This document shows positions 1 through 11,250 of a stretch of 64,000 nucleotides of DNA, one piece after another; positions within the stretch are counted from its first letter, which is position 1, and every line of letters begins with the position of its first letter. The position numbers and the translations under genes are program-made. The notes under the pieces are model-generated. The model was not told the DNA's origin and ran no database searches. It saw nothing but the letters and a program-made list of their open reading frames with translations. Origin of the DNA: Neoechinorhynchus agilis (Eukaryota > Animalia > Acanthocephala); NCBI GenBank assembly GCA_051530055.1, contig CM121343.1, positions 4,868,389 through 4,932,388 of the forward strand, read 5' to 3'.

Positions 1-162
1 ATTTTCGTTTTTACTTTTCGCATTGAAGCCTCACTTGTAGGCGACAGGATGATTTTAAATTCTATTGCTGATTTTCCAATACTTATGATTTAGTTTAAGA
101 ACGGGATGTGCGTCATGGTAAACACTCGCTCATTTGAATAATTCTTTTGACTATTCATCTCA

Positions 163-948
163 GTGAAAAAAGCTAATCTAGACAACTTATTTAAGGTTGA
201 TCTTCTTAAACACTACCGAGATTTCGAAAATCTTCTGTTCAACTTTAAACTCTACACAGATCGTCCAGCTAAATCACATTTGGAGTTCGAGAAAAAACGT
301 GGTCGAATTTCAGACCGACGAAGGGCAAAGTTAAACCGGAGGTTGAAGAGTCTTACACTTGATCGAGATTCAGTTGCTGAATGTATGATGTTATGTATAG
401 ATTATTCTGATAATGCTGAACAGGTAATTGATATGATTATTGGCAATATGCTTGATTGCGGCGACGCAACTGAAACGGCCACTGCGATGGCGTTCAGAAA
501 GCTTGCCTATTTATTTCTGATCTGCGATGTCCTTTATAATTGCGGTGTTCGAATCGCAAATGCATCATATTATAGAAAAGGGCTCGAGAGAAGATTAGTT
601 GAATTTTTTGAGCATTTGGGATTGATGTACAAAAACATCTCAAGTCGAATAAGGGCTGAACAATTCAAGTATAAAGTGATGACGTGCTTTAAAGCATGGC
701 ATTCCTGTTGCGTTTATCCCAGTGATTTTCTTGCGCAATTGCAAAGTACATTCCTAAGATACGATAGGGGTTACTTTTCTTCATTATCAATGAAGGATAA
801 TGAAGACGATATCGATGGGAAACCCATAGAGGACACAAGAGAACAACATGGTGTTCGGTCAGTGAGCCACGAAAAACTGTCCTATGATTCCACCGAAGAA
901 GATATAGACGGGAAGCCGCTAGAGGAGGATATGCAAGAAAGGGAGTAA
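163..948 (+). CDS. U2SURP: U2 snRNP-associated SURP-motif protein (SR140)-like, CID-domain exon; 5' part probably outside the window
   Basis: KLAYLFLICDVLYNCGVRIANASYYRK...AEQFKYKVMTCFKAW...YPSDFLAQLQSTFL plus two EDIDGKP motifs match the SR140 CID and downstream acidic repeats. The ORF opens right after a possible acceptor (ctcag, AG 162-163). Confidence 0.8.
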   Translation: MKKANLDNLFKVDLLKHYRDFENLLFNFKLYTDRPAKSHLEFEKKRGRISDRRRAKLNRRLKSLTLDRDSVAECMMLCIDYSDNAEQVIDMIIGNMLDCGDATETATAMAFRKLAYLFLICDVLYNCGVRIANASYYRKGLERRLVEFFEHLGLMYKNISSRIRAEQFKYKVMTCFKAWHSCCVYPSDFLAQLQSTFLRYDRGYFSSLSMKDNEDDIDGKPIEDTREQHGVRSVSHEKLSYDSTEEDIDGKPLEEDMQERE

Positions 949-1932
949 GAAATGGTGTATTGTTAACAAAAATCAGCACGTCTCTAAAAGTAATGATTTA
1001 GCGGCGTCTTATGCGATTGTATCTCCAACAAAAACTTATCACCTTTTTCAACCGAAAAGGATGTACCTATTTTAAAAACTAAGGGACCAGGTTTACCCTA
1101 AAGTGCCGTTTGTCTGAGATGATATTTTGTAAGGAAAATTTGGTTCTAGATAAAAAATGGCGCGGTTTGTAGCCATGCAGTCAAGTCAGTAGGTAACATG
1201 TAGAGTGCAATGGATGCACAATTTCCGTGCACTTTAGGCATGGCTGCCGTTTCCCGCACCTGCATTGAAACAATGGACTTTGAGCTTGCAAGCTGCAGAG
1301 CTAACGACTGAAATCAGTTCAATTGTCTTATAGATGTCGGCCCGCAATGTAGCGCCGGTAACCCAATCGAGCCTTTTCGTCAGGCTGATGAAGCGCTTTA
1401 GCGAGTAATTGTGGTTGTGTAGCCCCTAATTTACGACGCATCACTTATTCGAGGGATTTTAAACGGCGAGCAGGTCTCTTGCACTAACTCGCTCAAAGCC
1501 ATTTTCGAACTTTGGTTCAAAATTCTGCGTGGTTACGTCCGTAAGTGCTGGTTGTCTGGAGTCGGCACAAGAACCAAAGAGGTTTCGGAATTCCTTCTCA
1601 AACCAAGTTCTGACCAACGTGGATGAAATCAGTGGTGCTTAGACATCGAGGTGGATTCAACTAATTCTAAATCCATGAAGGATTCTGACAGAATAGTTTT
1701 GGGTGCGGCCGCGTTCAACGAATTCAAACTTTTAAGCTGTTAAATTACAGAGCACTGCATAGAATCGAACCGTTCAATGAAAACAAAGGCACAAATTAAA
1801 TTTTAGTTGCCATCCGTACTTTTCACATGCTCTTAAGGTAAATACGAGGCAAAAAGGCATTAAAATGTCTTAAATAATAAGCCCAACTTGGGGAATGTTT
1901 AGGTTACAGCCAAACGTGTTTCTATTATGTTT

Positions 1933-2721
1933 TCAATCTTCGTCCATATCCTCTTCAATCTTAGGCGCCATAAAATACCGAATGTAGCCAATATCAGCGA
2001 TCTTATATTCGACCATTAGCGGTGTATCGGTGGACATGCACATGCTGACGGAGGTAGAGAGGGAGCTGGCCTTAGTGCAGTACATTAGGTATTTGAGCGA
2101 AAAGGTAAGAGTAATCTGTTCGTTTGTTTGAATAATAATAGAATCGTCATCTTTATCGATAGAGCAATTCTGAGCGAGAGTGATGTTCCCGCTGGCGAGG
2201 TCTCCTTTGCAACTATATCTTATCTTATCCTTCATACAGTCAATCTGAACCGTTTCGCCAACACTGCTCAAATCCTTGATGATTCTTGAAAACTCGGCAC
2301 TGGGCATTTTGACCTTGCATTGATATTTCTTATCGGGAATACTCAAGTGTTCACCGGCCAAGTCCATCAACTTTAACTCGTACTCACAGATCCGCTCACC
2401 ATTAGGAGACTCGAAAATGAACGTCACCGAGTCCTTCTCCTCGTCCGCACGAAGCGTAATAGCATCATCGGTGCCCGCACACTTCAGAATTTTTGACATC
2501 GAATGTAAATTCATGCTGAGGCTCATTCGACGGTCACATCTGTAATTCTCGAACCCATCAGAACGGAGCATCAACGATACCAACGTCGTGTGACAGTTAT
2601 CCATCGCTTGGAGATGAACGCCATTGGTCTCGCAATCCCAAGTTGCATCCGTGATTGGCGGGTGAATAGAATCCAGCAACTTCTTAAGAATCGAACCTTG
2701 TATCAAACGCGCCTCCAGCAT
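1933..2721 (-). CDS. PCNA: Proliferating cell nuclear antigen, intronless, 262 aa
   Basis: MLEARLIQGSILKKLLDSI...LQAMDNCH..LVSL.LRSDGFE.YRCDR...YFMAPKIEE; full-length canonical PCNA. Confidence 0.98.
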   Translation of the reverse strand: MLEARLIQGSILKKLLDSIHPPITDATWDCETNGVHLQAMDNCHTTLVSLMLRSDGFENYRCDRRMSLSMNLHSMSKILKCAGTDDAITLRADEEKDSVTFIFESPNGERICEYELKLMDLAGEHLSIPDKKYQCKVKMPSAEFSRIIKDLSSVGETVQIDCMKDKIRYSCKGDLASGNITLAQNCSIDKDDDSIIIQTNEQITLTFSLKYLMYCTKASSLSTSVSMCMSTDTPLMVEYKIADIGYIRYFMAPKIEEDMDED

Positions 2722-3544
2722 TATCTCAGCAAGTTAGAGAGTAGCGCGAATGGACATTGCTTGTTCAAGATTCTTTCGTTTAAGAACTGATGACATCATC
2801 AATCATGAAAAATATAGAAAGAATCCTTTGGAAATGCAAACTTGGAGCACAAATTATGATACTCGTTTCTTGGGAGTCCTCACGGTTATTCGTAGGTAGT
2901 TGTATGACTCCATTTTCACTGCCTCTGTTTATAATATAATTGAAGGGCGCAATGTCCAAATGTCAAAATGGCCTTTAGGGGTTGCCGTAAATTATTGTTT
3001 CTTAACAAGTATTTACATGGTTTAACTATTTTCTTCCCTAGAGTATCTTAGGCTGAATATTGCGGTAACCTTGATGATTTTCATCTTACTTTAAAGGAAT
3101 TCACATGTTCGTCTTTAAAATTATGGTTTTAAAGAGATTCGTGGTTTATTTTGAATCCGCAGGAAACAAAAACTTCCCGATCACTGGTTTTGGGTATTTG
3201 ATCAAACCCAAAGGAACACGAGTGATCATGCAGGTGTGCGAAGCATTCCGCACGGTGAAACCGACGACTGATAACTCAAACACCTGCCACTGTTGCGCCA
3301 AGATAGACCAACAAAATAGTTTAATTTCGATGAGTAAAATCCGATAGTTATTTTGGACCCATCCACGGTAACGAAACATTCAGAGATAAGACAAGGTTTC
3401 TCGACAAAAACTCTCAATTGCTTTCCATTTAGCGACCATCAAACAAAAGTTTAAATCAAATATTATTTCTCGGTCTCTGGCTTGCAGAGTGTTTTGCTTA
3501 AATATTTTTATCCTTAGAGCAATAGTCGAAGTATTTTCGTTTCC

Positions 3545-4500
3545 TCTCTCTCGTCACCGTCTACTCTCTCAACAAATCAATGAAGAATGAACGGGAATCG
3601 GCGGAGTATTCCACTCTTATTGATGTTGCACTAAAGAAGTGGTTTGAACGAGTCACTGAAACTCTAAAGGACTCATTAATTGAAGCGATGAGTCTGAGAA
3701 ACGGCCTTAGAGAATTCACCATTGCTGGCATCGATCGCCCTCCTGCCTCTCGTCCTGAGTCTTCTTTGCGCCAACTTAATTCCATGATTGAGCTCATAAA
3801 CCCTACAAATTCACACCATTTCTTAATTGCAGGGGACTACAATAATTTATTTCCTCTTCTACACTTCTCCGAGTTGCGTCAACTTATTGACTTTCCAAAT
3901 CGTCTTGACGCTCACCTTGACAAAGTGGTCACAAATATCGACGCCTGCTCATCCGCCTCTGAACTCCCTCCCCCCACGAAGTCTGACCACCCTTCTGCTC
4001 TTATTACTCCCTCCACCCACCTCAGCGTTTAAAATCTCCCCGTTTACCCGTCGGGGAGAAACGTGATCAGCACATCTACAATTTTATAAAATTGTTCAAC
4101 TCTAGAGTTCGCACATTCCACTCTGACAACACAAATGACCCTTCCTCAACCATCACTAACTTCGACAATTCCCAAGAAATTCATAATCAGACACATAAGA
4201 AATTTCCCCACCAATCAATAACTCCGTCTGAATTTCTCTAAATGCTTCGAAATGATCCCCTCATTCTCGCACATCCCACCCCGAGCATCTAAATGACATC
4301 CTACGAGTCACCTTCCTAAGAATTATGAGTCTTCAATTTCAATCAAACTTGAAATGGGACTCGCACATCACTCTCTCCCTCAAGCTAAACTCCTATAAAA
4401 TTTATCTCCTCAGACGCCTCCGACATTTAGTAACTCCTTCACCCGATCTCTACAAATTTTACTTCAGCCTTATTTTACCCTTTTACAACACGTCGTTCCC
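3545..4500 (+). mobile_element. Decayed L2/CR1-like LINE ORF2 remnant (APE endonuclease and RT C-terminal pieces)
   Basis: IAGIDRPP, LIAGDYN, QLIDFPNR...LDKVVTN and SDH are APE motifs. KLNSYKIYLLRRLR...FYFSLILP is typical of the post-RT region. Several breaks in frame. Confidence 0.75.
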
Positions 4501-4799
4501 TTTTCACACGAGCACAGCACTCGTTGTCCCAATTCGTTATATCCTCCTATAACCTCGCACCTCCCTTTACCTACGCTCCTTTTTCCATGCTGCCCAATCT
4601 TTTCGGATATCATAATCAGAAATGAATCTATGGAAAAACCAACTTTACATGCGCTCCTGCAAACAATATCCGCCAATTCCCACTATAATGGGCATAACAA
4701 GACCTGATATTCCCACCAGAACGGACATCCCCGACCGGAAATTCTCACTCAGACGGACACCATAGACCGGACATTCCCACATGTATGGTCACTCAAGAC

Positions 4800-5330
4800 C
4801 GGTTGAGTATCGGCAATCAGGCGGGAGGTACTCCAAACACGTCGAAGTGAACCCAATCCTTAGTCGTGCCCTGAATACTGTGAATGCCCCCAACATCCTA
4901 GAGCCGAGCAATCTTTACCGACTCGATTACCATAGACCCGACGGTGTCACAGTATTCCCGTGGCGAGAAGGAAAGTGCCTTCTCTGGGACGCCACGTGCT
5001 TGGATACGCTCACAGCCAGCAACATAAAATTCGCCACTATTAAACCAGGGGGAGCAGCAACCGGCGCTGAGGAACGCAAAAGGACGTCGAAATTATTATT
5101 TTGTTCCCTTTGGCGTCGAGACACTCGGGTCGTTTGGTATCGCGGCGCCCGACCTGGTCAAGCAAATGTCCAAGATATTGAGACGAATCGCTAGCGATCC
5201 TAGATCAGGAACATTCTTCCTACAAATAAAGTCGGGCTGTGCAACATGGGAGCGGTGCATCTGTCCTTTCGACCGTTACATCAGGACGGCAGCTGAGTGA
5301 TCTAGAGTGGTGATGTGAATGATTTTGCTC
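4800..5330 (+). mobile_element. 3' fragment of a CRE-type non-LTR element (restriction-like endonuclease), frameshifted
   Basis: RPDGVTVFPWREGKCLLWDATCLD matches the RLE domain of the 20.3-23.1 kb element. Confidence 0.85.
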
Positions 5331-5399
5331 CAAGATTAAGTGAACCTTTATAGAATAAAGAAATATCAATTAATTTCAAAAAAGTGTTTTTCTAAACGA

Positions 5400-5990
5400 A
5401 TTTAAGCATCTCTCGTATCAATCTTAACTTTTCTTATATGCCGACCATCTAACCATCATCATCGTCCCAACTCTCCCTCTCCTTAACCTCTAACGAAATC
5501 ACGCACATCAATGATTTTGCACCACCCACAAACTCTACCTGAACTTCTCTAAATGCTTCGAAATGATGCTTTCATTCTCCCGCAATCCCACATCCTACCC
5601 CGAGCATCTAAATGACATCCTACGAGTCACCTTCCTAAGAATTATGGGTCTTCAATTTCAATCAAACATCACGCATATGACATTTTCCCTCAAACGCAAT
5701 ACCTTTAAAATTTATGTCCTCAAACGCCTCCGCCATTTAGGAATTCCCTCGCCCGATCTCTGCGGATTTTACCTCAGCTTTATTTTACCCTCCCTCGCCT
5801 ACAGTTATCCCGTCTTTTGCAACCTATCGAAATCACAAATCCGTCGCCTTGAAATGTTTCATAGAAGAGCATCTAAAATTTGCACAGTTTATTTTCCCCC
5901 GCTCACCGAATGCCTTAATAAAATTTTCATCATAACCGCGTGTTTATGAGGACCCAAAGGTACAACACAAAAAATTATAATCTTTATTGC
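5400..5990 (+). mobile_element. Second decayed L2/CR1-like RT remnant
   Basis: Shares long DNA blocks with 4240-4480 (e.g. CCGAGCATCTAAATGACATCCTACGAGTCACCTTCCTAAGAATTATG). Has a degenerate YAD motif (tatgccgaccat) and LEMFHRRASKI. Confidence 0.75.
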
Positions 5991-6039
5991 TGTACTTTTA
6001 TCGAAGTATATTGGGCAGTTTGAGTTCACGCTTTGTTCA

Positions 6040-6305
6040 GTGGAATAAAAATATCGAATGCTTTCAGTAAAAATCTGCCGTCGTTGAAACGACACTCGGG
6101 TCGTATGGTACCGCGGCGCCGGATCTGGTCAAGCAAATGTCCAAGAGATTGAGACGAATAACTGGTGATCTGAGGGCAAGTGCATTCCTCCTGCAGAACA
6201 TAAATCTGGCTATGCAACGGGGGAACGTTTCATCCGTCCTTTCAACCATTACAACACCAGGACGGCAGTTGAGTGATCCAGAAAGGCGGTGGCGTGAATA
6301 TTCTT
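6040..6305 (+). mobile_element. 3' stub of a CRE-type element
   Basis: AACATAAATCTGGCTATGCAACGGGGGAACG...GGCAGTTGAGTGATCCAGAAAGGCGGTGGCGTGAATAT is near-identical to 23209-23312 and encodes a QRGN terminal motif. Confidence 0.8.
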
Positions 6306-6754
6306 AAACGCCTGTAAAAGTGGTGTGAGTTAATTTCAATTATAAGAAAAGTTTCATTGGATGCCAGGCGTTTATATTATCACTAATTTGGGAAAAGATT
6401 CCGTCAAGTCATTTTTTAAAGCAATTCGTTTATTTTTTCCAGCTTATAACTTTTTTAAACAGGTGAAAGACGAATAGCGCACTATGAATCCAAAAGCAGC
6501 CACTGCTTTCAGCACTAATCATCATGCAACGTTAAAACCCATTAACATCTAATTTCCCCTGGTGCAGAATGTTGAGCTTTCACGGTAACATAAAATGCCT
6601 TATAAAATCTCAGGTTCTAATTTGATCGAAACACACTTAAATTTGCGGAGAACTATCGCGGCAACGCAAGGCGCACAATCATTATTGGAAAGATTTCGTT
6701 TGTTCAACAACTGAACCGAAAATAGCCTATAATGCACAAACGTTAAGAGAACAC

Positions 6755-7322
6755 ACATAGAATCCAGTCCCGAGGAAACTTGGTGTCGGTCCCAAGCCCG
6801 GATAAATGGTGAGGGTTGGTGTCAGGAAGGGCATCCGATGCACCCATGAAACCAAAAATGAGCAGTTATGCGACGCGCGGAGAACTCATCCGATCTCTGT
6901 GAATAAATTATCAAAGGGACAAAGATCCAAGCGCGAACGAAAACTGAGAGTTGGATCTATAAACGTCGGAACAATGACGGGTAAATCGGTGGAAGTAGTG
7001 CAATGATGAAGAGAAGGATGACTGAATGTCTATATGTCCAGGAGTAAAAACTGAAAGGAGCCAAAGCACGCGATCTTGGAGACGACTTCGAGCTATTTTA
7101 TAATGGTTCATCTTCTGGTCGAAATGGAGTTGGAATTGCCTTGAGTGATAAACATGCAGATGGCGTCATAGAAGTCTATAGGAAAAATGATAGGATAATA
7201 TGGATGCTGATAGATCTTGGAGGGCAATGCTTGGTGATCGTTTCTTGTTATGTCCCACAAGCCGGACTCACGCAGCAGCAGAAAGACCAGTTTTGGGAGG
7301 ATCTATAATTATGTGATCCATG
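6755..7322 (+). mobile_element. 5' fragment of an RTE-clade LINE (5' UTR and start of APE)
   Basis: LRVGSINVGTMTGKS followed by frameshifted GRNGVGI and VSCYVPQ-like segments; the 5' UTR is homologous to 38040-38120. Confidence 0.8.
6760..6820 (+). ncRNA. Twister ribozyme-like core, degenerate, in the RTE 5' UTR
   Basis: GTCGGTCCCAAGCCCGGATAAATGGTGAGGG matches the type-P1 twister core GCCGGUCCCAAGCCCGGAUAAA..GGAGGG. The 5' P1/P2 strands look degenerate. Confidence 0.6.
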
Positions 7323-7655
7323 AAATCAAGAAGGAAAGTTGTATAATATGTATAGTCCCGACTCGCCAATAAGGTTTATGTTACTTTTGCAATCGCTAAA
7401 TGTGTGTAGGTCGCTATTATGTTCTAAATATATAGGTAGCAAAACAAGGAACAGTGTAAGTTGCAGATAAATGGCACGCGATAGCCACTGACCTATCCGC
7501 CGGATATAAATTCGAACATTATGTGTTTGTGTGAATTTATATTTTACAACGCGATTTATCGGTCACATAAAATACACTGTGGATACGAAAAAATGAACTG
7601 GCGAATGCGGCAGCGTTCTGGGATGTCAACAATGTTAGCTGTGCAGGTGAGGATT

Positions 7656-10468
7656 TCAGCACCTCATTCCGTATTTCTCGCTGTATTCGAAATGACCCTC
7701 AGCCCCGGTGATCATAACATCGACCCATATTCGCATCGCCTCAAGTGTAATCGCAGCCAGGTAGTATGGCCTAGTTGTTGTCTTGATAACAAACGTACTT
7801 CTAGAGTACGGACTCCTTACAGCATTCAGATGATCGACATATACTTCACATATTGATTTAAATGGAATGAGTCCTTTAGGCTGCTGTTTATGTTCCGCAT
7901 ATTTGTGAGCATAATAGAACAGCGTTCTTTGATTTCGATCAAACACAAACCACCTTTTATGCCATGTTCGGAACTTTCGCCCCATTTTCATCAAATATCC
8001 ACGGCAAGTGGTTTCATCGATATCTAAACATTGGAAATCACCACCAGAACGTTCGATAAAGTGTCCGGCGTTTTCAATATGTGTTCTAAGATCGAAATCT
8101 CCTGCGTTGGCTGCAATGGGTAAGTATCGTGTCAATGGTCGGTCCTAAAAGAAATGAAATACGATATTGATCGATAGATAAAGAGGTAGATAGGAACATT
8201 TAAAAGTTTTCAGACCTGTTTTTTCCCCTTATTTCTACGAAAATGTACTGTATTTAGCAGTCCATGGTTGTTAATAACGGGCGAGTTGTCTTTTTGGTAG
8301 TGAAGATAGTGATCGGGAATATCTGAGCAAATTGAATTAAAAGCAGCAGCTGATTTAGTGACTGCCATCCGGTGTGCGTTAATTGACGATGAAGATGACG
8401 GTGGCGAAGATGATATTGAGGACGAAGAGCACGAACACCAGTATCGTCCATCGTTGACGTGTGCTTTGCGAGAGTGGTTCATGATAGCGGTAGCGAAAGC
8501 GTGCGATTGAGTCGTTGTTGCGGCTTCCGAACCCGAATGAGCCGCACTTGCGGTTAGTGATGGAATGGTTACTACCGAGTCGCTTGAGATAACAGCCGGT
8601 GCAAAAGCTGTGCCAGAATTCACGGGAGCGGGGTTAAAGCCTTCACAAGTAGTTTGGTGTGCGCTGTTACATGAAGAATGGTTACTGTTAGATAACAAGC
8701 ATTGTATTAACTGCGTATTTTATGGCGCCACGTAAGATAAAAGTTTTACTGAGATCTAAGACCTACCATGTTTTCATATGTGAACTTGGAATTTACATCA
8801 TTTGTTCTAAAGCAAGGCAACTAAGAAAACAAGGACGAACGCTGGAGACTTACTCGAGATTGACCGGACTCGATTGAGAGATCTTAGCCAAGGAATTGTG
8901 GGAATAAAGGTGTTTACTGCTCGATTGTTGCTGTTCTGTGGAAGATGCAGTCAATTTTTGAGTGGAAGCAGAAAGTGCCACACTGCGGGTACGAGATCCT
9001 TTTCGGCGAAATAAATCAACTGGCATAGCTACCAATGATGCATATCGGATTATATACATATTGTCTGCATAGGCACAAAAGCAAACTTACGTCTGATCAG
9101 ATTACAGCCAGTGTAGTCGCTACTAACGTTACAAGTACCCATACCAATCGTAAGTGGAATATTCTGCTCTATGCGGTCATGTTGACATGGGGCTGAGGAG
9201 CCACCTGAGGACGAAGCCACCAATGGACAGCAGTTGACCAAACTTTTTGAAGAGAGCAGTTGCCTAAGACAGTTGCTGTTGTGCTCGCATAAATTCGAAG
9301 TGCCAATTGTTGCAGTTGGGTATGCAATCTTGTTTTTTTTATAGGTTGCATCAAATGAACCTAATTTGTAGTATCCTTTAGCCGGGCAGCTTTCACCGGT
9401 CACCTATATACAATGAATATCGCACTTATGACTTCGAAAAGCTACACTTGCTTCATAATTTAATGATCGTTCATTCGGACAGAGTTGTTCCGTTGAATAT
9501 TGCTCATGTAAATTCTTGATCTTACGATTCACACTGATCAACTCGGCGTGCTCCTATTTTGTTTCTCTTCATTTACTATTTTCATCCAGAACTTACGTGG
9601 CTCAACTCATTTATTAGACGATCCCTTTCGCTTGATAACATTTCCTGTTTTTGACTGAACTGACACGGTGGAAGAGCGTATATTTCATCCGAATTGCCAG
9701 TTCCTCGACGATTCAATATACTTCCACAATCCAGTTGTTGAACGTGGCGTAAAGAGGAAGGAGCAACCGTTCTATAGAGGTCGTTCTCACAAGATTCATA
9801 GCACCTTTTTTGTGAAATACAATTTCCATCGTTCTCATAACGAGCTTGAAGCTCAGCCAGGCTAAATTCTAGATCCTCAAATCTCCGCCTTGTATCATCC
9901 AAAAGTCTTGCCTTTCTAAAATTAAGGCGTCGAAAGTGCATGTTTGAAGCAATTAGCATACTTATAGAATACATCCATATTACAAGAGTCCTTAGAGCTG
10001 TTTATTGTTGATAGATGCTCCTGCAGCTGTACGATTTGCAATTCTAATCTTTGTATTGATGCTTTCGTCAATTCGACTTCATGGTTAAGGAGCTTTAGGC
10101 ATCCAAGATGAACACCATTGTTCGAACAATTAATAACACTAGTGATGCTCTGATTTGATTGATGACAAGGTATACACCAATTTGATTCTTGGTGAAAACC
10201 TCTGTTGTGATTTCCAATCAAAAGTTCATGATTTGATTTTGACAATGTCAGCGATAGCGATCCAAACACATTTTTGGGCTGGTACATCGATAGATCACCG
10301 TTCATTCTGTTTTCTTCGACATTGCAGGTCTTCGGGGTGCAGTTAGGAGAAAGCGATAGGCTATTGACGCCTTCACATGATCGATTATTTCGAAAATCAC
10401 TTTCGCAATTGAATGTTCGTCGCTGGTTAAAACCCTCCATTGAAATCTTTGGTGATAAATTACACGGC
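7656..10468 (-). CDS. PHLDB: Pleckstrin homology-like domain family B (LL5)-type protein; multi-exon, coiled coil plus C-terminal PH domain
   Basis: The last exon CRGYLMKMG...WHKRWFVFDR..RTL.YY...EVYVDHL..VRSP...TF.IKT..RPYYL.A...EAMRIWVDV.ITGAEG is the PHLDB PH domain. Upstream ORFs (RRRFEDLEFSLAE, coiled-coil segments) are collinear on the same strand. Confidence 0.85.
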
Positions 10469-11250
10469 TAGAAATAGATGGAGGCATAAATCATTAAAAG
10501 AGGTTGACATTGCGGATGTGAAAGTAGCATTGAATGCAACATTCAATGGCCTTGTAGTTAGCCTTAGCATTATTGCATTGCCTACATTTCGGGGTTGTTC
10601 GTAGAAAGACATATTTGAAATTGTTTATAGATTTTGGGTACATAAGTATACGGACACACGCAATTGTATGATTTACGCGTTTGGGATAGCTTTAAGGAAT
10701 GTTAAATAGCTAGTGGCACAATAAAAGCATGCCATCTTTGACTGCTATCAGGGCAGAGGTGCCTATCCGCAAAGTCAACACACGAAACGAGAATTGTGAT
10801 AAGATGGAAATCTGTTATATAGGACTATCTTGCCTCAGGTAAGCGTTGGACGAAATAGGTAAGTTAAATTAGCGGTGGTGGTGGTGGCAAATGATGAGCT
10901 AAGCGCTTTCAATTTTGCGATCAACAAATAGCATTCTAAACTCAGGGTTTTAGAAAGCGAATTGGGTGATTAGCGTTTCCTTGGGATAAGTGGTCAATGC
11001 CCACATTTTGATGAATGATAGGTAATGAAAAAAAATAGACAGATTAAAAACCAGTAAATTAAAAAATGTTCAAAACGTGTGATCTTTAGGTCAACATGAT
11101 CAAAATTTTACACTGCTTACCATTGTAAGGATGCCAAGTTCCGTTTCCTTTTCACGCAAATGATGAATTATTTGCTCGATTTTGTATATTTTAGATAATT
11201 TGTCGCTTTCCAGTGAGGCAATCTTACGAAGTAGGCATAACTCCTAAAAA

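Noticed and set aside
1150-1730. GC-richer stretch between U2SURP and PCNA as an ncRNA or PHD-finger remnant
   Set aside because: No RNase P/MRP, snRNA or SRP signature was recognised; the Cys motifs are broken by stops and there is no ORF of 60 aa or more.
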